A DNA stretch of 64,000 nucleotides from a virus, in the IMG/VR virus record IMGVR_UViG_3300010149_005285, positions 7,308 through 71,307 of that record. One strand, given 5' to 3'. Within the stretch, counting starts at the first letter, position 1, and each line of letters opens with the position of its first letter. The notes under the pieces are model-generated. The model was not told where the DNA came from. It ran no database searches and worked only from the letters and a program-made list of their open reading frames with translations. Below, piece by piece: positions 17,992-28,125 of the stretch. The position numbers and the translations under genes were made by a program.

Positions 17992-19276
17992 CCCAACAGA
18001 TATAAACAAAGATAAATTTATTATACCTGCAGAAGACATTGTTACTAAAGTAGTAGAAGATGATAACTGGAAAAACCTTCATAGTAAGAGTTGGTGTCCA
18101 GTTCCTTTTAATACTATTAGTTGGCATCCGTCTGGCGTAGTAAGTCGTTGTATGATGAGCGATGACGATATGGGAGAAAGCCACGACAGTAAAGAAATGC
18201 AATCATTACGTCAAAATATGCTTGACGGTAAATGGGATACTTATGGATGTACCAACTGTTTAAATAGAGAAAAGAATGGACAAAAAAGTCAACGTATGAA
18301 TTGGCTTGGAAAAAGTATGATGGATCAGCTAGGAAATCCTGAACCATATCGTACTCCACAATTAAAAGGAAATAAAATAAGTCACTTATTTGTAAACTTC
18401 AGTAACGTATGTAATTTTAAATGTAGAATGTGTAGTCCAAATTATAGTAATAGTTTGATACCTGAAGCTAAACATATGAATAGTAAGTTTCCTAGAGAAT
18501 ACAAAAAGTTTCAATGGGCTAATCCAAAAAACTTTAATAGTATTATTCCTTACTTAGAAAACAATCCAAAAGTATTAAAAGGTATTAGAAGTATTTGGAT
18601 GACAGGTGGTGAGCCATTTATGGATGATAGTCCATACAGATTAATGGAACTTATTGAAGAATTTGGACATCCAGAAAAAATTAAAATGGTTATTACTACT
18701 AATGGATCTAAACTAGATGTAAGTAGATTAGGTGCATTTGAAAAATTAAAAAAACTTACACTTGATATTAGCATCGATGCCGCAGGACCTATGTTTGAAT
18801 ATATGCGTAGTAATAGAGTATTTACATGGAGTCAAATGGAAGAACAATGTGGGAAATTATCTAAGTTCTCACAAGAGAACAAATGGTTTGGAATACAAAT
18901 TAATGCCAGCTATCAAATATTTAATTATGACAATACACTAGACTTTTTAGATTTTGTATATGATCATAAAGCTGATAGTAATTTAAGATTAGTTGTGTTT
19001 CCAAAACATCTAAGAGCAGGTAACTTACCAGATTCGTATAAAAAAGATGCACATAACATTATTAATAAAGCAGAATTAAGATATCACAATAAAGATGTAC
19101 ACAATATTAGAACACTTAATGATATGCGAAGAGCCCTTGATACTAAAGAACATCACTTAACAGTATTTCAAGAGTTAGTACGTGAACAAGATAAATTTAG
19201 AGAAATATATTTACATGAATATCATGAGGTATTAGCAGAAATAATTTACGGACCAAAACAACCATGCCTGTTTTAG
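17984..19276 (+). CDS. radical SAM protein, tandem paralog of the previous gene
   Basis: CNFKCRMC, TGGEPF, TTNGS. Confidence 0.9.
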   Translation: MNNPTDINKDKFIIPAEDIVTKVVEDDNWKNLHSKSWCPVPFNTISWHPSGVVSRCMMSDDDMGESHDSKEMQSLRQNMLDGKWDTYGCTNCLNREKNGQKSQRMNWLGKSMMDQLGNPEPYRTPQLKGNKISHLFVNFSNVCNFKCRMCSPNYSNSLIPEAKHMNSKFPREYKKFQWANPKNFNSIIPYLENNPKVLKGIRSIWMTGGEPFMDDSPYRLMELIEEFGHPEKIKMVITTNGSKLDVSRLGAFEKLKKLTLDISIDAAGPMFEYMRSNRVFTWSQMEEQCGKLSKFSQENKWFGIQINASYQIFNYDNTLDFLDFVYDHKADSNLRLVVFPKHLRAGNLPDSYKKDAHNIINKAELRYHNKDVHNIRTLNDMRRALDTKEHHLTVFQELVREQDKFREIYLHEYHEVLAEIIYGPKQPCLF

Positions 19277-20001
19277 AAAGACCAAAACCAGAAGCTTACT
19301 CATTAATATATCCATCTGGATTACCAGGAGAATTTATTTCATGGCTTATTCAATGTCATGAAGGATTTCCACGTATTCCTGATATGGATTTAAGAAAAGA
19401 TAATCCTACTGGCACAGATGCACTAGGACATCAAGGAAGAAGTTGGCGTCCAGAAACTTTTCATTGTGAAAATAGATTTGGTGATAAATGGACAAATGAA
19501 GCACACCCATTTGATGATCAAATAGAAGCAGCATTAAGACAAGGAATAGGTGATTTTACAAAGATTGTTTTTAAACTTAATCCATATCATTATTTAAATT
19601 ATGCATTATCTAGATTTGATTTAATACATACAGAAGATACAAATATAAAAGCACATATAGTACTTGATTGTGATCAGGAAGATTTAGCAGATATGTTTGC
19701 AGTATGTGTAGGAGTCCGAGATGACTTACCTTATCAAAGGTCAATTGCGCCAGATACATGGCATCTTGCACAACCTTTAAAATTTAAAGACCATTATGAA
19801 GAATATGTACATTATAAGATGGAATTTGAAGCAAAAGGTATAGCGGTACATAAAATTGACGTAGGACAAATATTTAGACAGAAGCCAATGGAATATTACA
19901 GATTATGTGATATTATTGGATCACCGCCATTACCTGATTGGAGAAAAAAGGTACAGATTTATTCAGATATGCTATTTGATGGAATACAAATTCCTGATTG
20001 A
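19264..20001 (+). CDS. hypothetical protein (possible sulfotransferase-like fold)
   Basis: N-terminal YPSGLPGEFISWLI; weak assignment. Confidence 0.55.
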   Translation: MPVLERPKPEAYSLIYPSGLPGEFISWLIQCHEGFPRIPDMDLRKDNPTGTDALGHQGRSWRPETFHCENRFGDKWTNEAHPFDDQIEAALRQGIGDFTKIVFKLNPYHYLNYALSRFDLIHTEDTNIKAHIVLDCDQEDLADMFAVCVGVRDDLPYQRSIAPDTWHLAQPLKFKDHYEEYVHYKMEFEAKGIAVHKIDVGQIFRQKPMEYYRLCDIIGSPPLPDWRKKVQIYSDMLFDGIQIPD

Positions 20002-20026
20002 CAAATAGGTAAATTTACGCTATACT
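19998..20026 (+). promoter_or_regulatory. sigma70-type promoter
   Basis: TTGACA-17-TATACT. Confidence 0.75.
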
Positions 20027-20059
20027 GTAAGAACAATTAATTTACTTTGGAGCGTAAAT

Positions 20060-20500
20060 ATGAGTATGCATCTTGTTGGTCCATATATGACCACAACAAA
20101 TTATAATCGTAAGAAAAAGCAGAAAAAATTATCTGCATCGCAAGAAGAAAAACTAAAAATACAATGGCGACAACATAATAAAGATTGTCGTAAAAGACAT
20201 ATTCATTCAGCACAGTTTGAGAAATTTGAAGACTTTGTTGCGTATGTTAATGGTACATACAAAGCACCAAAACGAGATTACAAACCTACTTCATACGAAC
20301 CACCAAAACTTAATAGAGAAACACCTAACTATCCTAGTCTTAGTAATAATATAGGTGGTTCAACTGCAAAGAAAGAATCTATGAAATACACAGGTGAGCG
20401 TAAACTTGTAGGCATTGCTACAATGCATAAGAGTAACATGGTTCCTATTTTTGAAGATAACAAAGAAGAAGCAATTGAGATTGCTAGAATGAGGCGTTAA
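20060..20500 (+). CDS. hypothetical phage protein
   Basis: YTGE..LVGIATMHKSNMVPIF..AIEIARMRR. Confidence 0.75.
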   Translation: MSMHLVGPYMTTTNYNRKKKQKKLSASQEEKLKIQWRQHNKDCRKRHIHSAQFEKFEDFVAYVNGTYKAPKRDYKPTSYEPPKLNRETPNYPSLSNNIGGSTAKKESMKYTGERKLVGIATMHKSNMVPIFEDNKEEAIEIARMRR

Positions 20501-20808
20501 TGGAACATGTATGGTCAGTAACTATTAAAGGCAAAAATGATTGTGTTGTATTAACTGAATTTGAAGCAATGCAAGTGAAGATGAAGTTTATGCCAGATAT
20601 TGAAATGTTTAATATGACTGAAAGGCATGGATTAAAGCCCGAATTTTTACACAAAGAAGAACGTCAGCAATACTATCCACAAGAACATGAAAATTGGATA
20701 TGGAATGGTCCATTGCCACAACCTCCTTATCAAAAAGGGGTAGGACCAGGACAATTTGGTGGAGCCGCTAAAATGGTATGGAATTTTGACGATTTAATGG
20801 CAATGTAG
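20500..20808 (+). CDS. hypothetical protein
   Basis: TAATG-coupled ORF. Confidence 0.65.
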   Translation: MEHVWSVTIKGKNDCVVLTEFEAMQVKMKFMPDIEMFNMTERHGLKPEFLHKEERQQYYPQEHENWIWNGPLPQPPYQKGVGPGQFGGAAKMVWNFDDLMAM

Positions 20809-20844
20809 TTATAAAATAAATCCACAAAAAAATGCAATTTATGG

Positions 20845-20873
20845 TTGACTTCTTAACCAAGATGTCTTATAAT
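20845..20873 (+). promoter_or_regulatory. sigma70-type promoter with AAGA-NN-TCTT palindrome
   Basis: TTGACT-17-TATAAT; AAGATGTCTT at 20859-20868. Confidence 0.75.
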
Positions 20874-20905
20874 ATATACATAATCAGAAACAAAGTAGAG
20901 ATAGA

Positions 20906-21487
20906 ATGAATAATAAGATAATTTTGACCGATGCAGATGGTGTACTTCTCGATTGGGAAACAGACTTTAATAAATGGATGGCTACACAGGGCTATAGTAA
21001 AAAAGTTGACAATGTATACGAAATGGAAATAGCATACGGAATGAGTAAGTTCCGATGTAAAAAACTTGTAAAACAATTTAATAGTAGTGCTTGGGTACGA
21101 TACTTACAACCTTTTCGAGATGCACGAAGCGGTGTAGCACATTTAGTAGAAGCTGGATATAAGTTTCATTGCATTACATCATTGAGCTTAGATAAAAATG
21201 CCGCTAAACTACGAAAGCGAAATTTAGAAGCTATTTTTGGTAAAGATGTATTTGAAGAAGTTATTTGTTTAGATACAGGTGCTGATAAAGATGATGCACT
21301 TGCAGAATATAAAAATAGTGAATTATATTGGATTGAAGATAAAACAGTTAATGCTAACTTAGGAGCTAAGTTAGGTCTAAAAAGTTTGCTCATTAATCAT
21401 ACTCATAATGAGACACAAGATACGGTAGACGGTGTTGTGCGAGTAGGCAATTGGGCACAGATAGTTGACATTATTGTCAACGATTAA
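20906..21487 (+). CDS. HAD-superfamily phosphatase (T4 30.2-like)
   Basis: LTDADGVLLDW, ITS, WIEDK. Confidence 0.85.
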   Translation: MNNKIILTDADGVLLDWETDFNKWMATQGYSKKVDNVYEMEIAYGMSKFRCKKLVKQFNSSAWVRYLQPFRDARSGVAHLVEAGYKFHCITSLSLDKNAAKLRKRNLEAIFGKDVFEEVICLDTGADKDDALAEYKNSELYWIEDKTVNANLGAKLGLKSLLINHTHNETQDTVDGVVRVGNWAQIVDIIVND

Positions 21488-22231
21488 TTAGTCTTCGTCA
21501 CCGTAAATTGTAAGAACTTCAGTAACAGCAATATGTCTTTCGACGTCTGTTTTTGAGAAACTAACAACGCCAATAATATTACTACCTTTTTGTTCTAGTA
21601 ATTTTACGAAATTTTTAAGACCGTTGTCTTCGAAACCACGGTCATGTTGTGCTAAGTCTCCTGTTACAATAATTTTTGAATTCTCGCCAATACGAGTAAG
21701 TAACATCTTCATTTGAGATGGTGTCGCATTTTGCATTTCGTCTGCTATAATCCAAGAATTCTTAAAAGTTCTACCACGCATATAAGCTAGTGGTGCAATT
21801 TCGATTACATTATCTGCAATCATTCCTTCAATGGTTTGTGGTGACCAGTATTCTTCCATTACGTCGAATATAGGTCTTGTCCAAGGTGCCATTTTTTCTA
21901 CTAAGGTTCCAGGTAAGAAACCGTGTTGTTCATCAACTGATACAGCTGGTCTTGTAATAACAATTTTTTCGCATAAGCCAGTATTGAACGCATCAATGGC
22001 AGCCAGTACACCAAGTAATGTTTTACCTGTACCTGCTGGTCCCATTGCAAAGACAATATTTTTTTTGTTATCGTCTAATAATTCGCAGTAATCTTCTTGT
22101 GCTATATTACGTGGCACAATTGTTACATGCTTTTTACGTTGTCTGTGTGTGTTTACGTGAATTACATTACTGTGATCGTTGTAATGTTGTTGATGTTGTT
22201 GTTTTTTTGTTTTTCGAGCTCGTTTAGCCAT
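21488..22231 (-). CDS. phoH: PhoH family ATPase
   Basis: GPAGTGKT, RPAV, GFLPG, YMRGRT, DEMQN, TRIG, GD..Q.D; start MAKRA after AGGAG. Confidence 0.95.
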   Translation of the reverse strand: MAKRARKTKKQQHQQHYNDHSNVIHVNTHRQRKKHVTIVPRNIAQEDYCELLDDNKKNIVFAMGPAGTGKTLLGVLAAIDAFNTGLCEKIVITRPAVSVDEQHGFLPGTLVEKMAPWTRPIFDVMEEYWSPQTIEGMIADNVIEIAPLAYMRGRTFKNSWIIADEMQNATPSQMKMLLTRIGENSKIIVTGDLAQHDRGFEDNGLKNFVKLLEQKGSNIIGVVSFSKTDVERHIAVTEVLTIYGDED

Positions 22232-22374
22232 TATAACTCCTATTTGGGTAAGAGGCCCATTTGCCTGCTCAAAAGTATTTAACAAAAAGTAGTACATATT
22301 AACGCAGTAGATAACAAACTTGACATGAAGATATATCTGTCATAAATAAGTATAAGACAAAGGAATAATTAATT

Positions 22375-22893
22375 ATGGATCAAAATTATATATTAGATAC
22401 ACTAAAAGCAAACGCTAATAGAGACAGTGCCTTAGAAACTCTTATGGATATGGAACGTGTTATTGACACTTCCAATATATATGCGTATAAAAACTGGATT
22501 GAAGGTGAAATTGTTGAAGGACCTCATATTGATAGATATTGGGCAACAATTACACTAATGTATCCACGTGATATGATGCCAGATCCGTCAGGTGCTGAAA
22601 GATTAATTAAGAATGGCTGCAAAGTGTATTATGCAGAAGACAAATTAATATCAGCGGCAAAAATTAAATCACCAGATGATATTGAACAAACAGATGGTGC
22701 AGATGGTAAAAGACCTGGACAAACACGTGCTAAAAAAGTTATCAAACCAATTTGGCTAGTTACTTTAGTTATTCCAAGAAAACACATGGAAGACATTGAA
22801 TCAAGTAAATTACGTGTTGATGACCAAAATATCAATAGTGATGCAGTAGAACAAGCGGCTGCTGAAGAAAATAATGATGTTCAACCAGAATAA
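22375..22893 (+). CDS. hypothetical phage protein
   Basis: 172 aa; late box 22343, AAGGA SD. Confidence 0.75.
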   Translation: MDQNYILDTLKANANRDSALETLMDMERVIDTSNIYAYKNWIEGEIVEGPHIDRYWATITLMYPRDMMPDPSGAERLIKNGCKVYYAEDKLISAAKIKSPDDIEQTDGADGKRPGQTRAKKVIKPIWLVTLVIPRKHMEDIESSKLRVDDQNINSDAVEQAAAEENNDVQPE

Positions 22894-22914
22894 AAAATTT
22901 ATAAGGAATAGAAA

Positions 22915-23382
22915 ATGAGTATACAAAATAATGATCTTGAAGATTTAGTTTTAACTACGTTTAGCATTGACCAATATAAAAGTAAAGTTGGAAAAGATGA
23001 AAATATTGTAGTTGTTGCTTTTGATGTCAAAGATGCAGACCCTGCAAAAGATCTAAGTCAGTTTATTGAAACAGGACATGAAGCAATTGATGTAGACTCA
23101 TCTACTGGACCTGATAAAAGTGGAAACTATAAAGTGTATGTCGAGCTAGAAAGAAATAGTAAACTGTTTGACGCAGTTGATAAAATTTTAAAAGATATTA
23201 CTAGAGTTGACAATACTGCCAGTAGTTTTAGGTTTATAGCTTATAAAGCTGATACACCAGCAGAGTGGAATAAAGAGAATTTCGAAAAGAGTGTTTATTC
23301 GAGTAGTTACGATTATACACTTGCTACTAATCCAGAAGCACGTCAAATTTCTGAAAGAATGAAATTCTTAAACAAATACTAG
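22915..23382 (+). CDS. hypothetical phage protein
   Basis: 155 aa with SD. Confidence 0.75.
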   Translation: MSIQNNDLEDLVLTTFSIDQYKSKVGKDENIVVVAFDVKDADPAKDLSQFIETGHEAIDVDSSTGPDKSGNYKVYVELERNSKLFDAVDKILKDITRVDNTASSFRFIAYKADTPAEWNKENFEKSVYSSSYDYTLATNPEARQISERMKFLNKY

Positions 23383-23413
23383 AATTGTCAAATTTAAAGG
23401 TATAAGTAATATT

Positions 23414-23890
23414 ATGTTTACAAAATTAAAAGTCTATATTATAATGTTTGCAGCATTCGCAATGTTTGCTGGAATAGCTTATTGGTATTATCAAGATACA
23501 CAAAAAGCCTTAATGCAGTACGCTCAAAATCAAGCTAAACTTGAAACTAGTTTAACTATACAAAAGTCAGCTACAGAAAGTTTACAAAATAGTTTAAAAG
23601 TTATGAGCGAAACAATTACGCAGTTAAACAAAGACTTTGCAGAAAGTAGACAAAAAACAAAAGAGTTAGAAACAATGTTCAACCAAGATAAACAAGGAAA
23701 CAAACGAGACTTTGGAGAACTTACAATAGAAGCACCAGAATATATTGAAGGACAAATTAATAAAGGATCAAATGAAGTGTTTAGATGTGTTGAACTTTTA
23801 AGTGGACAAGAGGCCAAAGAAGGAGAAGCAGATGACAAAGAATATATTGATTGCATTACTAGCGGCAATGGCACTGACAGCATGCAGTAG
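23414..23890 (+). CDS. i-spanin (Rz-like) candidate
   Basis: N-terminal TM, long coiled coil, C-terminal Cys residues; overlaps a lipoprotein gene. Confidence 0.7.
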   Translation: MFTKLKVYIIMFAAFAMFAGIAYWYYQDTQKALMQYAQNQAKLETSLTIQKSATESLQNSLKVMSETITQLNKDFAESRQKTKELETMFNQDKQGNKRDFGELTIEAPEYIEGQINKGSNEVFRCVELLSGQEAKEGEADDKEYIDCITSGNGTDSMQ

Positions 23891-24185
23891 TATACCGCAA
23901 GCTATTAAAATTGACACTGCTCCTGTAGAGAAGCCAAAGTTAATAGTACCTAAAGTTGACAAGTATGTAGCAAGACCAATTGAATGGATAGTTATTACTC
24001 CAGAGAATGTTGATGAAGTATTCAACAAACTTAAAGATAATAAAACTGATCTTGTACTTTATGCAGTAGTTGATGATGGGTATCAAAACCTAACATTAAA
24101 TATGGCTGATATTCTCAAGTTGCTAAAACAACAACAATCTATTATAGCGGCATATCAAAAGTACAACAATGAAGACGTTCAATAA
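23832..24185 (+). CDS. o-spanin (Rz1-like) lipoprotein candidate
   Basis: Lipobox LTAC, Pro-rich start, AAGGAG SD, start inside the 3' end of the upstream gene. Confidence 0.72.
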   Translation: MTKNILIALLAAMALTACSSIPQAIKIDTAPVEKPKLIVPKVDKYVARPIEWIVITPENVDEVFNKLKDNKTDLVLYAVVDDGYQNLTLNMADILKLLKQQQSIIAAYQKYNNEDVQ

Positions 24186-24852
24186 CCCTTGGTTTATTCT
24201 AGGAGTAGAGCCAAACGCTTCTCTTAGAGAAATAAAGCAAGCATACAAAAGGTTAGCATTAAAAAATCATCCAGACAAAGGCGGAACAATTGCTGAATGG
24301 TTAAATATAAGTAAAGCATACGAAACAATCACACAACAAAAACATGTACCAATCATAAAAGCATCAGATACTAAAATGTTTAATATAGCTCTATCTTTAA
24401 AACAACAAATAGAAGGTTTAAATGATTATATTCAAGTTGAAGATGAAGAAGAATTATTCATAAAAGTTAGCATTCCGCCTGGTGCATTAGCTGGTGATAA
24501 GTTTAAAGTTACTAATAAAGGCAAAAAATATATAATAAATGTTAAAGAATTGGCAGATAAGGTCTTTACAAGAAACGGAAATAATATTATAATGTATAAA
24601 ACATTAGATATAATTGACGTATTGAAATGTAACACATTTATTATTTTAACTCCTATGGGCGACTATTGCGAAATAGATATTCCACCAGGAACAGAAACAG
24701 GAAGTATTATCAGTGTCAAAGAGCAAGGATTATATAACCGAAAAACAAAAAAGAGAGGAAGTTTAAGAATTAATATAAAAGTAAATATTCCACATATAAC
24801 TGACTCTAATATTAATGAATTTATAAAAAGGCTTAAAGATGACAGACATTGA
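24169..24852 (+). CDS. DnaJ/CbpA-like co-chaperone
   Basis: ILGV..AS..EIKQAYKRLALKNHPDKGG; C-terminal IPPGT..G..G.L. Confidence 0.9.
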   Translation: MKTFNNPWFILGVEPNASLREIKQAYKRLALKNHPDKGGTIAEWLNISKAYETITQQKHVPIIKASDTKMFNIALSLKQQIEGLNDYIQVEDEEELFIKVSIPPGALAGDKFKVTNKGKKYIINVKELADKVFTRNGNNIIMYKTLDIIDVLKCNTFIILTPMGDYCEIDIPPGTETGSIISVKEQGLYNRKTKKRGSLRINIKVNIPHITDSNINEFIKRLKDDRH

Positions 24853-27100
24853 AAAAATTGTAATAACTGCTATTAACTTGGCTAAAAAGTTTAAACACGA
24901 ATATGTTACTATTGAACATTTGGCAGCGGTTATTTTAGATGATCCACAAGTAATAGCTATGTGTTACGAGATTAATGCAGATGCAGAAAGTTTGCAAATA
25001 GCATTAATTGAATATCTAGAAAAAGAATGTAGTGAATTAGTATCAAATACTAAAGAAGAACCAAACCCTGCTAAAACACAAATGCTTGAACGTGTATTTA
25101 ATAGAGCATTGACACAAGCCTTATTTCAAGGCAAGAAAGCAATTAATCAATTAGACTTAGTGTTAAGTATACTAGGTGAAGAACACAGTGTATCAGCAAA
25201 ATATGCAGAGCAGTTAGGTCTAAACAAAAACAAAGTAATGAGTTGGATGCAAGATACTGCCGCAATGAAAGATGAACAAATTTTTGGTCCTATGGATGGC
25301 TTTGCACCGGGCGTAGGCGGACATGCTCAAAGACAACCTACACCACGTGAAGTATTAGTACAGTATTGTAATAATATGAATGAAGCAAGTCAAGATTATG
25401 ATGATGTTGTTGGTCGTAGATCAGAATTAAAAGATTTAGTACAAACAGTAGCACGTAAGAAAAAGTCTAATGCTATTTTAACAGGTGGCAGTGGCGTTGG
25501 TAAAACAGCTATTGTACAAGGATTAGCAAAACTTATTGTAGAAGGACAAGTTCCAGATTTAATTAAAGACAAAGTAGTATGGGAACTAGATATGACAAAA
25601 CTAGTTGCTGGTACAAAATATAGAGGTGACTTTGAAGAACGTATGAAACAATTAGGTGAGGCGTTAATTAAAGAACCTAATATTATTTTGTTTATTGATG
25701 AAATACATCAAATAATTGGAGCAGGTAGTACAAACGGTACTATGGATGCTGGTAATATGTTAAAACCTGCATTAAGCAGTGGACAGTTAAAAGTCATTGG
25801 TGCTACAACAGATGAAGAATATAGAAAAGTATTTGAAAAAGAAAGTGCGTTAGCACGTAGGTTTACAAAGATTGTAGTTGATGAACCTAATTTACAAGAT
25901 GCAAAAGAAGTATTAAAAAATACACTTATATCATATGAAGATTATCATAATGTAACAATTGATCCATCAGCAGCTGATCTTGCAGTTGATTTAAGTGATC
26001 AATATATTTTTAATAAGAAACTTCCAGATAAAGCATTTGATATCATTGATAGAGCATGTGCTTTTAATAGAATATTACCAGAAACAGATCGTGTAACAAT
26101 TATTGGAGACAATGAAATAAGATCAGAAGTAGCACGGTTAACTGGAATACCAAAAGAGCATTTAGGAACAGCAGAAGATAAAGAAACTGCTACAAAACAT
26201 ACAGAAGTAAAAGCATTTTTAGAAAGTACAGTATTTGGACAACAACAAGCAATTGATCGTGTGGTAGATAGTATTACAGTAAGTATGGCAGGATTAAAAG
26301 ATCCTATCAAGCCTATTGCAAGCTATTTGTTTACAGGACCAACTGGTGTTGGTAAAACTGAACTTGCAAAACGTTTATCACAAACAATGAGTATGAAACT
26401 TGTACGGTATGATATGGCAGAATATCAAGAACGTCATACAGTATCAAAACTTATTGGATCGCCTCCAGGTTATGTAGGACACGGTGATGGTAAAGCAGGT
26501 GATGGATTATTAATTAGTCAATTAGAAGACAATCCAAATTGTGTACTACTACTAGATGAAGTTGAAAAAGCACACCCAGATTTAATGAGTGTACTATTGA
26601 GTCTATTAGACGAAGGTACACTTACAAGTAGTACAGGTAAAGTTGTAAGTGCAAAAAATTCAATTATTATTATGACAAGTAATTTAGGTGCAAAAGATGC
26701 ATCAATTAAAACAATAGGATTTAACGAAGAAACGTTTAATCATAAAGCAGTAGATGATGCAGTTAAGAATTTCTTTGCCCCAGAATTCCGTAACAGGTTA
26801 GACGGCATTGTTAAGTTTAATGCATTAGCAAGAAATGATATGAAACGTATTGTTGTTAAATTCTTAGGCGAACTAGAAACATATGTAGATTCTAGGCATA
26901 TTGTTATTAATTGGGGACCTGAATTATTGGCTATGCTTGAAGATAAAGGATACGACCCTACTATGGGTGCTAGACCTTTAGCACGATTAATTAATGAAGA
27001 AGTAAAACTACCATTAGCAAAATATCTTCTAGATCATGACGGCCAATACACATTGGATATTGACTATAAGAAAGATAAGTTGCTGATTAATGGAAAATAA
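24839..27100 (+). CDS. clpA: ATP-dependent Clp protease ATPase subunit ClpA
   Basis: HEYVTIEHL, two AAA+ modules (GVGKT, KYRGDFE; GPTGVGKT, PPGYVG, DEVEKAH), IGF loop, no ClpB middle domain. Confidence 0.93.
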   Translation: MTDIEKIVITAINLAKKFKHEYVTIEHLAAVILDDPQVIAMCYEINADAESLQIALIEYLEKECSELVSNTKEEPNPAKTQMLERVFNRALTQALFQGKKAINQLDLVLSILGEEHSVSAKYAEQLGLNKNKVMSWMQDTAAMKDEQIFGPMDGFAPGVGGHAQRQPTPREVLVQYCNNMNEASQDYDDVVGRRSELKDLVQTVARKKKSNAILTGGSGVGKTAIVQGLAKLIVEGQVPDLIKDKVVWELDMTKLVAGTKYRGDFEERMKQLGEALIKEPNIILFIDEIHQIIGAGSTNGTMDAGNMLKPALSSGQLKVIGATTDEEYRKVFEKESALARRFTKIVVDEPNLQDAKEVLKNTLISYEDYHNVTIDPSAADLAVDLSDQYIFNKKLPDKAFDIIDRACAFNRILPETDRVTIIGDNEIRSEVARLTGIPKEHLGTAEDKETATKHTEVKAFLESTVFGQQQAIDRVVDSITVSMAGLKDPIKPIASYLFTGPTGVGKTELAKRLSQTMSMKLVRYDMAEYQERHTVSKLIGSPPGYVGHGDGKAGDGLLISQLEDNPNCVLLLDEVEKAHPDLMSVLLSLLDEGTLTSSTGKVVSAKNSIIIMTSNLGAKDASIKTIGFNEETFNHKAVDDAVKNFFAPEFRNRLDGIVKFNALARNDMKRIVVKFLGELETYVDSRHIVINWGPELLAMLEDKGYDPTMGARPLARLINEEVKLPLAKYLLDHDGQYTLDIDYKKDKLLINGK

Positions 27101-27710
27101 TTTACATCCTACACAATCGTTATATTATAGACAATTTGATACATGTATCAGATTTAAAGATCTGCCATCTAATTTTACATTTAATTATAATAGAATGAAT
27201 CAAGATGGATCACAAATATGGCGTGGTGTAAGAAAAACAAACAGACTTTCCAGACAATCTGAAAGAACATATAATTACAATTTATATACATCAGATCAAA
27301 GTTTAGTATCCCAAATAAAAGCTGATTCTTTTTTATCTAATAAAATAGAAAAAATGTTTGTTCCAGTAAGCGAAGCACATCGTAAAATATTATATGAAAA
27401 AGACAGAAGTATTATCTTACGTGAAAAATTATGGTATCATACTTACAAGCATAAATTAGTTACCTGGCCAAAGTTAAGGTTTACAGAAAATTCTAAATCT
27501 GTAGAGTCTACTATTAAATGGATATATGATAATTTTAATATAGATGATAGAAGAATCGTACATAATAGCAGTTGGTTCTTTAGACATGAAAGTGTTCCAA
27601 TTGTGTTTTGTAATAGTGAAGAAACTATGATGTTATACAAGCTAGCATGGAGTAACGATTACGAGATAAGAATTGAGACAGTTATCCCTTATAAAGAATT
27701 GCGAAATTGA
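27090..27710 (+). CDS. hypothetical protein
   Basis: 206 aa overlapping the clpA end. Confidence 0.65.
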   Translation: MENNLHPTQSLYYRQFDTCIRFKDLPSNFTFNYNRMNQDGSQIWRGVRKTNRLSRQSERTYNYNLYTSDQSLVSQIKADSFLSNKIEKMFVPVSEAHRKILYEKDRSIILREKLWYHTYKHKLVTWPKLRFTENSKSVESTIKWIYDNFNIDDRRIVHNSSWFFRHESVPIVFCNSEETMMLYKLAWSNDYEIRIETVIPYKELRN

Positions 27711-27741
27711 TAAATACTTGTAAGATTGAAGGAGAATATAT

Positions 27742-28113
27742 ATGTCTGGATCTATTATAGTTCTAACAAATAAAAACGAACTTGATTACACAAGTGAAAT
27801 GGTTAAAGGCGATGGCTACTATGGCTTTGCTGATGGTCTGCATACTATGAGTTTTCATGTGGTAAACTTTACTGGCAGAATACATCTAGAAGCAACAATT
27901 GTAGAAAACCCTAGTGCTAATGACTGGTTTCCTATTGAGCTAGATACTATTACTCCATATTTACAGTTTACAGCTGAAACAGCTACCAAAGGTACTAGTT
28001 TTGAAGGTAACTTTGTCTATCTACGTGCAAAAGTTGATAGAGCGTATTTAGGGGCTAACGCATATGACCCTGCATTACATGGTGTAGTTGATAAAGTAGT
28101 AATTCTAATTTAA
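27742..28113 (+). CDS. hypothetical, probable virion protein
   Basis: Late box 27711, AAGGAG SD. Confidence 0.7.
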   Translation: MSGSIIVLTNKNELDYTSEMVKGDGYYGFADGLHTMSFHVVNFTGRIHLEATIVENPSANDWFPIELDTITPYLQFTAETATKGTSFEGNFVYLRAKVDRAYLGANAYDPALHGVVDKVVILI

Positions 28114-28125
28114 GGGGAAATTAAC

